A DNA stretch of 62,754 nt, counting the filler, from Chrysochromulina tobinii (lineage: Eukaryota): the NCBI GenBank assembly GCA_001275005.1. It is 6 parts of 6 records of this genome, joined end to end, with 100 filler letters (N's around TTAATTAATTAA, not from the genome) between each part and the next. Parts side by side here need not be neighbours in the genome. Positions count along the whole stretch, not along the records: positions 19,261 to 24,419 come from JWZX01001184.1; positions 24,520 to 49,777 come from JWZX01001185.1; 4 more parts are not named here. One strand, written 5' to 3'. The position numbers and the translations under genes are program-made. Positions 20,406-30,538 of this stretch are shown one piece after another; the first letter of the stretch is position 1, and every line of letters starts with the position of its first letter. A model generated the notes under the pieces. That model made no database searches, was not told where the DNA came from, and saw only the letters and a list, made by a program, of their open reading frames with translations.

Positions 20406-20582
20406 TTGCATCATTCATTTTCTTCCTCCAAAAACTCTAATGAATGAGTAAAACATTTCTAAAGCACACGCGCAACGGTACTCTACTGCATTACGTTAGG
20501 AGATCCATGGGGATTGGCGGCTCGCACGTCGACGCCACCGCGCACCGTGTCTCAACGCCTCTCAAGTCTCATGTTGACTCCG

Positions 20583-23500
20583 TCACTCGCTGAAGTTGAC
20601 AGCACGACGACGGCGAACGACACGTTCCAAGCCCTCGTGGGCTTTGGTTGCGGATCCGGGGGCTTCTGGTTCCGTCTCTACATGCATCCCCCCCTCTGGC
20701 TCTGCAGGGCCAGCAGCCGCAACTCCGCCACGGTTTCCCGTGTCTGCACGTCGCCTCGAGGCGCGCGGAGGCCGAGCAGGCAGGGCAGCGGGCGGCTCGA
20801 CGCCGGCCATCAGGGCAGGCGCCACAGGAGGTAGAGCTTCCTGGGCATTGGCCAGCTCTACGGCAGCAGCTTGCTCAACCACTTCCGGAGGCTCGACGTC
20901 CGGTTGAGGCTGCTCAAGGGGCGTGTCTGCGTCTCCCTCTCCGCATGCACCACAGACGTCAAATCCGCCCTCCTCCATGCACTCGCGCGCCCTGCACGAG
21001 AAGACCTTCTGGCCAGCCTTGATATTCCACTGATCGCACATGTCGCACTTGAGCGTCTCGTTCAACGCGCTTCGGCACTCCCGCTGAGTTACCCAATCCC
21101 GGGTGAGCGCGTGACCGCGCGTGCAGCACGGCCCAGTCAGCTCGGGCTCGGGCGATGGCACCCGCGGCGCTACGTCTGGCTGCCGTCGTGGCTGCCGCGC
21201 CCTCAACGGTCGCCTCGGCGGCTCAGCTTGCTCCGCCTCTTGCCTCTTTTGCTGCGTCCAAGCTGCCGCTGCTGCCTTGAACGCCTCACGGCTCGTCAGA
21301 CGAGAGTCAGCTGCACGCTGGTGGTGCGGCATCTCCTCCTGCATGAAGCGCCGGTAGGGGTTGGTCGAGCGCGCCCTCTCCTGGTGCATGGGCAGCGCAT
21401 GGTGGCTGGCACGCTGGCGGCCACCCATCCGCTTGACCTGCGGTGGATCCACCATCACATAAAAGGAGGCGGTGCACCCATCGCAGCGGAGCCGACTGAT
21501 GCCATCGAGGAGCGCGACACTCGCCTGAACTCGACAGCCAGGGCAAACGAGGGAGTGATTGGCAGCTGGCTCCCTGCCAGACTTCACGGCGCTCTCGAGC
21601 TGTGCCGCCACCGCACTCGGCGCCAACGGCTCGGCAGCAGCTGGGCAGCCAGGCGGCTGCTGGGAGAGGAGCACATGATTGATTGAGCCACGGTCACCAA
21701 CCTGAGGGCCGACGACGGTCATCGTGCCCGAAGGCACCGGCACCTCCCGCAGAGCACTCGGCCTCTCGATGCGTGGCAGGAAGTCGGTGGGCAGCTGGGC
21801 TCGCTCCTCGGCGGTCAGCTGTGGCGTCGGCGCGTCGGTTGGCGGCTGGATGGGTGGCAGTTGGTCCACGACCGCGCGCAGGATGGGGCGGACGACGGGG
21901 ACGGCAAATCGTGTTGCCGGCCAGTTAGAGGAAGGGAGAATGGCAGTGCGGTCCACCAAAGCACGGTAGAGGCGGCTGTCAGCCTCCCTGCGCCAGAACG
22001 ACGTCTTCGGCGAGTAGTAAGGGCAGAGGCGGGGAGAGTCCTTCTGGGCGAGCCGCCGCATGCCCGTGCTGCGCGCACGCACAAAGAAGGCGGTGATCCG
22101 GCGGGTGAGGCGGTTCTCGTTCTTGTCGAGCTTGCCGCACAGCATGGGAATCAGCTGCCACCTTTTGAGGACGATGCGCTTGGACTGGTACATGTGCGAG
22201 AGGTTCGAGAGGGACTCCGAGTCCCACGTGTGCCCGTTATAGATGCACTTCGAGATCAGCTCCTTCATCTTTGGGTTATTGACGAAGCTCACGAAGATTG
22301 AGCGTGCGAGCTCATTCAGGGGCGCCTTGGGCTTGTAGTTTTCCTTCTTGCACTCCGCCTCGGCTGCGCAGTGGCTGTGGTCTTGGCGGTAGACGTGCCC
22401 GAGCAGGCCCTCCTGCCAGAGCTCCCACGCAGCCTCAGAGCACTGCTTGGGCAGCAGCGTCGATGAGAGGAGCAGGCTGGCGTATTCGCTCACGCGGCAG
22501 AAGTGGTGCCTAATGGTATCGCACAGGCCAGCGGCTGCGCCAAGCAGCTGGTCCCGAGCCTTAAGCTTGCTCGCATTCGCCTCGCGCACGCGCTGCTTCT
22601 GCGCCTCCGCCTCCGCCTTTGAAGCCTGCTTGTCCGCTCGTGCCTTGGCAGCCTTGGCTGCTGCCACCGCCACTGCACCCTGATTGGCCGCTGCTGCCGC
22701 TGCCTCCTCAGCCTCCTCGGCCGCCTCCGCTGCCGCCCGTGCCGCCTCTTCAGCCACCTCGGCCGCCGCCGCCGCCGCCGCATCAGCCTCCTCGATGGTC
22801 TCATTCAACACCATCCCCTCATCCTCCTCCGCGCCCAGCACGTTGGCCTCCGTCGCGACGACCTGATGCCCGGCCGTCGCCACCGGCCCCTTGGCGGCCG
22901 CCACCGTCACACGCTGCACCTCCGCCCATGCTGTGGCGACGCTCGGGTCGTTGCGCATCAGGATCTGCTGCTTCTCGGGGATGGACAGGTTGAGATCCGC
23001 ATCACCACTCATGGCTGCCTCGCCGCCGAGCGCCTCAATATCGGATGCCGGCAGCGGTGCCCTCCTATGCTGCGCTCGCAGCAAGGCAGCTCAGGCCCTT
23101 GTGCCGCCAGAAGCCCGACGGGAGCGCCTTCTTGGCAGTCTGGATCGTGTTGAGCGCCTTCTCGTCGCCCACCACACGCATCGTCTTCGTCTCCCTCTCC
23201 ACAAGCTTTCTGAAGGCATCAATGACCTTGACCTCGACATGATAGACGTCGTAGTGGTGCACGATTGTGGCGAGGTCCGCAGGCGCCACCGCCACCATTT
23301 GGTCGAGCGCACTACGCAGCTCAGCCACCGCGCTCGCCCACGGTCGCCGCGGCCCTGCCTCGGCGTTGTCGGCGCCGTTGCCAGCAACACAACCGTGAAG
23401 CTCCCGTGCTGCCCATGTTTGCATCTCCCCTGGAAGGCGAGTGAGCAGCTTCTGCACCTCCGGCTTCTCGAGAACGAGTTTGATGTCACCCGGCGCGCCG

Positions 23501-24419
23501 CGGCACTGGTCGGTGCAGAGGTCGCGCAGGGGGAGGCCGTACTCGTGAATGAGGGAGTAGAGGCCGCGTTTGAGCCCCTCCTTCTCGAGGCGCTGGGAGA
23601 CACCCCCAACGCCCGCCGACCTGTGCTTGTCGAGCACGGTGATGAGGAGCACGAAGCCCATCGCGTGCGACGTGAAGTTGCCGATGCCGGACCGCGCGTT
23701 GCGGTTCTGGCTGTGGAATCCGTCGTACGCCGCGCTGAGGTCGCCCGCGAGCAGAACCATCTCGACGACAAACGCGGTGTCCTCCTTGTCCATTTCCTCG
23801 AGCACCTTGGCAAGCGCCGGCTTGAGCATCGTGTCCACGTTGTTGTTGAGCTCACCCAGGTTGAGGTGCGCCACCCAGTCGCTCAGCCGCGCTGGCTCCG
23901 CACCACAGAGGTGGGCGGCAGCACGGGCGGAGATGTTGGCCCAATAATCGGCGGGCTGGGCACCTCCACGTCCGGTCTGCGCAGGCGGCGCTTGATGCTC
24001 TCGTGCCCATTTGTCATAGGCAGCCAGCCGCGACGGCGTGACCGAGGTGGTCTGCCCTGCGACAAACCGTCGCAGCGCCTCGGCGTCGGGCTTCCCGACG
24101 ATCCCCATGTCCTCTGCCAGCTCCTTGAGCTGTAGCTTGGGGCGCGACTGCCGGGCATAGGCGATGGCGCGCCGGAGGCGCGAGCGCACGTCGGCCGAGT
24201 CCGCGACGGCCGAGTCAGCGGCAGCGGCGAGGGTGGCAAGGGTGGGGCGGGGGGCGGCGGTTGCGACCGCGCCGGTTGCGACCGTGCCGGTTGCATGATC
24301 GTCAACATTATCGGCGGCGTCATCGTCATCAGCGTCTTCGTTGAGGGGAAATAGAGGCGGATGGCGGACGGCGACAACGGCAGGGGCGAGGGTGGCAAGG
24401 GCGGGGTGGGGGTCGCCGG
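20583..24419 (-). CDS. Kolobok-type DDE transposase, 5'-truncated, in two frames (24419-23065 and ~23084-20583) joined by a frameshift or intron
   Basis: Motifs in order: LLAGD..AYDG, RLEKEGLKRGL, LCTDQ, HYDVYH, IRHHF, LLGHV, HTWDSESLSN, SKR, DKNEN; N-terminal HTH-like segment; frame open to the contig end. Confidence 0.8.
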
Positions 24420-24519
24420 NNNNNNNNNNNNNNNNNNNNNNNNNNNNNNNNNNNNNNNNNNNNTTAATTAATTAANNNNNNNNNNNNNNNNNNNNNNNNN
24501 NNNNNNNNNNNNNNNNNNN
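24420..24519. other. Artificial contig-joining spacer
   Basis: 44 N + TTAATTAATTAA + 44 N. Confidence 0.98.
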
Positions 24520-24863
24520 CGCATGGACCCATCAGAAATCCCAGGGATTGACATACGAAAACAGGGAGTTTTCTGCCCAAATGAACCCCACCCCGGTTTA
24601 CCGCGCCCCGGGCACCGACCGGAGCGAAACTCCTGGGGCTGGGTCCGGTCCGCCTGGTTGTCCCCGAGCGTCCGCCTATCGACGCCGGCGCGACCCGCGC
24701 CGTGCGTTACGTTACGTACCATTTCCATAACGATTACGCGCGCTAACCCGTACCTTATGCGCGACGCTACGCCGAGAGCGCATTGCGAGAGCGCGGACGC
24801 AGAGCCCGCGCGGGCGGGGTGTGTTCCTGTCTGTGAGCCTACTGTGTACGGTACCCGGTAACA

Positions 24864-25841
24864 TCACGATCCGCCGCAAATGTCCTTCTCACCTTTGTCC
24901 CCCTTGTGTCCCCCAAAGGTGCCTTCCACCGGCGCGAGCACCAGGTTCTCACAACGCACCGAGAGCACGGCCCCACCCTCCTCGAGCTCCACGCCCAGCC
25001 GTCGCCCCTCGCCACCACCCGAGGGCGGGTCACGCGCGCTCAGCCTGCCATACTTGCCGTTGTGCTGCGCCGCCTTCGTCAAGCCGAAGATCGAGACGCG
25101 CGCGCCAGGGTGCCATCCAGGCTCGGCATCGGCATCGGCCGCCGACGCCGCCGACGGTCCCGCTGGCATAGGCGCCATGTTGGGCGCTCCGCGCGTCGCG
25201 CGGACAAAGTCGGCGATCTGCGGCGCGAGCGCGCGCCCAAAGGCCTCGTAGCCGCGCTGGGACAGGTGCAGCCCGTCGGGTTCCCACAGCCCATTCGTGC
25301 CGCTGTACGGCACGAGAGCGGACGCGTCGACGAAGTGCACCTGGTGGGCGGGTTGCTTCGCGGCCCAAGCCCGGATGGCCTCGTTTGCATCCAAACGCAC
25401 CCGGAAGGGAGGGCTGCGCGTCTCGAAATAGACCGCACCCTTACTCTCCGGGATGGTCATGGCCACCGAGCGCGCGCCGGCCTCGTGCGCATAAGCATGC
25501 AGCGTGGCGAGATTGGACACGGTCCTCTGCGTCGGCATGGGACCGTGGCCATAGTCGGCGAGGTCATTGGTGCCTCCAAGGATGAGCACCACGTCGTACC
25601 GATGACGGCGCAGCTGCGTGCGGTACCCTGGCCAGGACATCGGGACGACGTCAGTCACGTTCTGTTCATCCGCAGTGTCGAGCATCTGCTGCGTCGTGAA
25701 GCCCGAGAGGCCTATGTGGTCGCAGACGACGTCTGAGCCGAGGAGACTTTGGAGCAGCGGCGCCCACGGTGCGAAGGCATGCCCCATGTGGTGATAGCCC
25801 GCCGTGAGTGAATCGCCGAAGGCCAGGAGGCGCAGCTTCAT
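24864..25841 (-). CDS. SGNH/GDSL hydrolase with a short C-terminal SH3-like module
   Basis: AFGDSLTAG, GLSG, LGGTND, PDGLHLS; C-terminal GARVSIFGLTKAAQHNGKYG...VRCENL. Confidence 0.9.
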   Translation of the reverse strand: MKLRLLAFGDSLTAGYHHMGHAFAPWAPLLQSLLGSDVVCDHIGLSGFTTQQMLDTADEQNVTDVVPMSWPGYRTQLRRHRYDVVLILGGTNDLADYGHGPMPTQRTVSNLATLHAYAHEAGARSVAMTIPESKGAVYFETRSPPFRVRLDANEAIRAWAAKQPAHQVHFVDASALVPYSGTNGLWEPDGLHLSQRGYEAFGRALAPQIADFVRATRGAPNMAPMPAGPSAASAADADAEPGWHPGARVSIFGLTKAAQHNGKYGRLSARDPPSGGGEGRRLGVELEEGGAVLSVRCENLVLAPVEGTFGGHKGDKGEKDICGGS

Positions 25842-25975
25842 GGTCGCCTCACACGCAAAAACTTATAGCGTTCGGGTGTGAATTGCGAGGACCTCTGGTG
25901 AATTGGTTTGGATCAAGATTCTACTTGTCCCCCTGCCACCGGGACCTGTGGGCGGGCCGCGGAGCGTGTCAGGTG

Positions 25976-27242
25976 TCACCCCGCCGGTCGACTCGGCTCC
26001 GCGAAAAAGGAGGCGCTACTATTCTGCAGCTGCATGGGCAGCTTTGTTCGCTTATTAAAGCGCATCGAGAGCATGTTCGTCTTCTGGTCAAAATCCAGCG
26101 TGATCTCGCCCTCTCGAATCTGCTGCTGCACGCGCTTATCGAAGACGAAGGCGCCCTTGGGAAGCTCAATCTCGGCATCGCGAGCACAGCGGATCGCATC
26201 ATGAGGGAGGCCGTCGTGGAGGCGCGTCCACACGTAGGTCATGCCGGCCGCGCCTTTGATCCGGTGGATCACGATCGCGTTCGATTTCGGCTGCTGGTAC
26301 AGGCCACCGTTCCGAAAGCAGCCGAGATTTGTAGCTCGCGCGTTGATCCCGACAAAGGAGATGTTGAACCGATGAAGCTGTCGTAACCGCCAGAGCCAGT
26401 AGCCGAGCGCGACATCCTCGTTGCTCTCGCGCGTGCGCTGGAACCCACTCGCGTTCGCCGCGCTCGCGAAGGCGGCCACGTCGGCCGAGCTGCCGAGCGC
26501 CTGGACCAAAGGTCGAGAGAGCAACTGAAAGGCGCCGAGCGGGAACGGAAAGGGCGGCACCATGCCGCGCGCCGCGCAGCCCCGCGCCTTCCAAGGCCGT
26601 ACTGAGTCCTGCCACGACCAGCCGCACATGCGGAACGTGCTCGGGTTGTAGCCCGCGTGGGCCAGCGGCGCATAGCACAGGTGCGGCGTGTCGGCGGAGG
26701 CCCGCGCGAGATCGCGGAGCAGATTGGGCACGTGCACTGCGCACACGCTCACATGCGCGCGCGCAACGGCGTGCGTGAGAATAGGCTTCAGTAAAGGGCG
26801 TATGGGGCGGCGGCGGGGATACGGCTACGCTCTCATTGCGCGGACCGTAAGTGTCATCGTCAACCTTGACGGCGTGAGTCAGCCAGTGAATCGCACTCGA
26901 CGCTGCGCGCCACCATGCAAATACCTTTGACATGGTGAGCATGCGAGGCTCCTCGACATCGAGCCAGAGAACGTCAGTTGCGTCAAAAGATTTTCGCTCG
27001 CGCTTCGTTAGGCCACGTTCTCCCAGCGCGAAGCACACAAGCAGCTCTTCGCCCACGCCCGGATATCGCATCCATGAATTGCGTATGGCATTGCGCCGCT
27101 TTGTACCAGGCGCGCGTGGTCCGGATAGCACTCCGGCTAGCACACGCAGCGCAGAGGGCGGACTTTGCGTGGTCAGCGAGCTTGACGAGGACGCAACCGC
27201 TCCACAGGACAGGCAGCGGCAAGAGAAAGCGTCGATCGCCAT
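25976..27242 (-). CDS. GT31-family galactosyltransferase, 2 exons (intron 26737-26845)
   Basis: RRNAIRNSW, SKVFAWW, KVDDDTY|VHVPNL restored by a GT-AG intron, GAFQLLSRPLV, NEDVALGYWL; start codon uncertain. Confidence 0.85.
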
Positions 27243-27382
27243 CGAAACCGTGAAGTGCCACAAGAGCTGTGAACGCGTATCGCTTCCGAACCACGACACT
27301 ATGCAATCTTTACGGCCCTTAGTTCTGTTTACTTGACGACTTTGGCGTGTTTCACGTGTTTTGGCGAACTCGCGATCGCGAA

Positions 27383-29299
27383 ATGGGCGCAGGCTGCTCG
27401 TGTCGGCGAGAGCGACGCGATGTGGACAATGTGCGCAGGGTGGAGGAGAGGACCGTCGAGACCATCGAGAGGAAGGCGGGCTCTATGACGCTGGCGCGCG
27501 TCAACCAGTACCGTATGGAGCAGGTGCTGGGCAAGGGCTCCTTTGGCGCCGTGTACAGAGCGAGCGACATGGCGCGCAGGGATGCGGTTGCGGTCAAGGT
27601 CATGGACAAGGCGGAGCTACGCAAGAAGATGAAGCAGCTCGGCAATAAGCCTCAGGAGCTCATGCCACAGGGCACGATCGTCTCGAACTCGATCCTCAAG
27701 GAGATCGCCGTGATGAAGCGCGTGCGGCACGCACACTGCGCCTGTCTCTTCGAGGTGATCGACGACCCGCTGGGCGACCGCATCTTCCTCGTGATGGAGC
27801 TGCTCTTGGGTGGGCAGGTCATGGACGAGCCCAATCTGCCCGCAAATCAGACATTTTTGGAGGAGTGGATGGCGCGTTCAGTATTCCGCAATCTGCTGGA
27901 TGGGCTTCAGTACCTACACTGCAACGGGATCTTGCACCGCGACATCAAGCCCGAGAACATCGTGTACTCGGAGCGCCCCTCGTTTGGGCGCGGCCATTGG
28001 ATGGAGAACTTTGACCAGGTCGGCAGCGCCGTCGCGGGCTCCGTGGCGGGCGTGTTGCACGTGGGCACGAGTGTGAGCAAGGGACTGATTCATGTGACGG
28101 GAGACGTTCTAGAGGGCGTGGCGTCGACTGTGGCGCACGGCGCAAAGGACGCGTGGCGCGTCTCGTCAAAAGCCTTGCATCATTCGTTGTCGAGCAGCTC
28201 CCTTGGCGACCGTTACACTTTGGGCGACCCTTTGTCTAGTGACTCTCCCTCACCGATGCCGGCGACGCCACGATCGTCCATGACACGATCATTTAGGGGC
28301 GGCGCCATGAGCGGTGCAGTGGCGCCACGAGCCGGCGTGGCGGCCGCGACGGTGGTCGCCTCCATCAACGGACTGTCGACCGCCGTTGCCCACGCGACAG
28401 TACGTTTCGTCAACGCCGCGAGCGGGGCAATCCACGACGCCGTTGACGAAGTCCATCGCGAGGTGTCTTTCGCGGGCGAGGTTGCGGGAGATCTTGTCGA
28501 CGGTGTCGTGGGGAAGGGGCTGACCCACACTCACTGGGCCCCTCCCGCGAAGCTGCTCGACTTTGGCATCTCGCAGGTTTGCGTGCGTGCATGCGTCGAT
28601 AGCTTCGCCTCGGCCAAGGAGAAGACGACGCGCTTCCGGAGCAAACGGAGGGTGCTGCGCAGCAGCACCTCGTACTTCAACGACACGCTGGAAAAGGCGA
28701 CGGGCACGCCGCCCTACTTTGCCCCGGAGATGCTGGTGGGGAAACCTTTTCGAGGCCGGCCGGCGGACGTTTGGGCGGCCGGCGTCACCCTCGCGATGAT
28801 CACGGGAGGTCGCATGCCTTATTGGGCGGATAACGTCCCCGAGATTTGGCGCCAGATCGAGCGAGATGAGCCCGTCCTGGCCGAGCACCTGTCGCCGCCG
28901 CTGCGCGAGCTGCTGCTTCTGATGCTTCGGAAAGATCCTGCGGAGCGCCCGACGCTCGCGGCGCTGCAGGAGCACCCGTGGGTGACCGACAATGGCGCTC
29001 TGCCAGTTTCGGAACCACCGGCGACCTTCACGGTGGATGAGGCTGACGTGGCCACCGCCGTCCAACGTGCCTTCGTGGGGCTGACACTCTTCAAGTGTGC
29101 TTCCAAGTGGAAACGGCTGCCCGCGCGCAAGCGGGCGGCAAGGGAGGCCGCCAAGAGGCACGGGTTCGTAAGCCATGCCGATTGGGCCCCCGACAAGCCC
29201 TTTATCTGCCACGATCCGCCTTCCGCCGCTGCAGAAGCTCTCAGCCGAAGCTCTGTGCAGAAGAAACGAGGCGACCCACCGAATCTGCAGAAGGTGTGA
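27383..29299 (+). CDS. CaMKK/SAK1-like Ser/Thr kinase with N-terminal MGAGCSC and a long insert between HRD and DFG
   Basis: LGKGSFG, VAVK, KEIAVMK, LFEVIDDP, HRDIKPEN, KLLDFG, GTPPYFAPE, DVWAAGVTL, HPWV. Confidence 0.9.
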   Translation: MGAGCSCRRERRDVDNVRRVEERTVETIERKAGSMTLARVNQYRMEQVLGKGSFGAVYRASDMARRDAVAVKVMDKAELRKKMKQLGNKPQELMPQGTIVSNSILKEIAVMKRVRHAHCACLFEVIDDPLGDRIFLVMELLLGGQVMDEPNLPANQTFLEEWMARSVFRNLLDGLQYLHCNGILHRDIKPENIVYSERPSFGRGHWMENFDQVGSAVAGSVAGVLHVGTSVSKGLIHVTGDVLEGVASTVAHGAKDAWRVSSKALHHSLSSSSLGDRYTLGDPLSSDSPSPMPATPRSSMTRSFRGGAMSGAVAPRAGVAAATVVASINGLSTAVAHATVRFVNAASGAIHDAVDEVHREVSFAGEVAGDLVDGVVGKGLTHTHWAPPAKLLDFGISQVCVRACVDSFASAKEKTTRFRSKRRVLRSSTSYFNDTLEKATGTPPYFAPEMLVGKPFRGRPADVWAAGVTLAMITGGRMPYWADNVPEIWRQIERDEPVLAEHLSPPLRELLLLMLRKDPAERPTLAALQEHPWVTDNGALPVSEPPATFTVDEADVATAVQRAFVGLTLFKCASKWKRLPARKRAAREAAKRHGFVSHADWAPDKPFICHDPPSAAAEALSRSSVQKKRGDPPNLQKV

Positions 29300-29405
29300 A
29301 CGAGGCGACCCACCGAATCTGCAGAAGGTGTGAACGAGGCGACCCACCGAATCTGCAGAAGGTGTGAACGAGGCGACCCACCGATTCGATTCTGCAGAAG
29401 GTGTG
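29265..29405 (+). repeat. Tandem 34-bp repeat x4 overlapping the kinase stop codon
   Basis: Unit aacgaggcgacccaccgaatctgcagaaggtgtg at 29265, 29299, 29333, 29367 (last copy has a short insertion). Confidence 0.92.
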
Positions 29406-30006
29406 AGCTGTTTCAACTATCACTACTTACGAGTGACCGCGCTCGTGCATCGAGACTCGCGCGGCGCGCTGTATGTAGCGCCGCCTGTCAGGCCGTATGT
29501 AGCGCTGTATGTAGCGCTGTATGTAGCGCCGCTTGTCGGGCCTGCCCCGGACGGGACGTATATACTCGCCCGGCGCTGGGGCCAGCACGGCGCGGCCCTC
29601 GGCGCACCGTCCCAGTCAGACCCGCAGCCCGATGCCCGTTCCTCGGCGCGGACGTGAACACGTGATTTGTGGATCCGATGATCCATGATCGTCGATTGTG
29701 CGTTCCGCTCGCCGGCTCGGTTATGTCCCGGATAACTGTGCACTCGGACTCGCGCCGGTGCGCACTCTGACTCTCGGGTCTCGGCGCTGGTCCGACACGT
29801 CCGCGCTGACGGTCGTGAGCCATGCGGTACGAGCTCTGACGGCTGGCCGCACCGGCACAGCAGAGAGGGATGGCGCACAGTCTATTTTTAGCCAACCTAC
29901 ACGACCAATTGCCTACAACGCTACTACCCACCACCCCTGTACCCCAGTCGCGGCGCCCGTGTTCGTGTTGCAATTTCACAGCTACTCAAAGTTGAAGTTA
30001 ATTGAA

Positions 30007-30223
30007 GAGCTGTGAGTTCAATTGTGTGAGTTGCATTCTCATCAGAATCGGATTCTCACACATACGGCTCGTCGCAATAGTTGTAGCAGCTGTGAGTTTA
30101 AAACTCGCAGCTCGACAAGTTGTCGAGCTGCGAGCGTTTACACTCACAGCTGCTAAATGTTGCGACGAGCTGTGAGAATGCAACTCACAGCTGCTTGAAA
30201 AGTTGGAGCCTCTTTCACAGCTC
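30007..30223. mobile_element. Long imperfect palindrome (foldback/MITE-like)
   Basis: Perfect 15-bp stem 30104-30118/30120-30134; paired blocks 30084-30097/30142-30155, 30067-30077/30160-30170, 30025-30041/30173-30189, 30007-30015/30215-30223. Confidence 0.7.
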
Positions 30224-30538
30224 CTTACAAAATGTAGGAACACCCTTTACCCGCACAGAGTCCTCAACGCCGCCAGCGCGCGCATGCTCCGCGTCTCATA
30301 TGGGGTCATGTAAGGTGTGTGTATTCTGAGCGGGCAGTAACAGTGCCGTAGCACCGGCTGTCGCGTCTGTCGTGTTAACGTTCACAAACGGGACACACGG
30401 GACACATCCGTTACTGTTCGACTGTCTCGAGGTAATGTATTTTTGAACCGTCAGTAAGTTCAATAGGATGGAAGTTGAGAATTCGTCAACACATGAAGAG
30501 CCGCAGCCGCTCGCTCGCTCTCCCTCAAGGGACTCGGG

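Larger units (their letters stand above)
19261..24419. mobile_element. Internal part of a Kolobok-type DNA transposon; termini lie outside the contig
   Basis: A DDE transposase (minus strand) and a KolX/P2X7-ballast-like gene (plus strand), tail-to-tail, fill the whole contig. Confidence 0.8.

Noticed and set aside
22891..24135. Long antisense ORFs (also 17186-18322, 28289-29416, 60017-61036 and others)
   Set aside because: Shadow ORFs expected opposite GC-rich coding sequence; no motifs.
29265..29405. CRISPR-like 34-bp repeats
   Set aside because: Head-to-tail tandem copies with no spacers.
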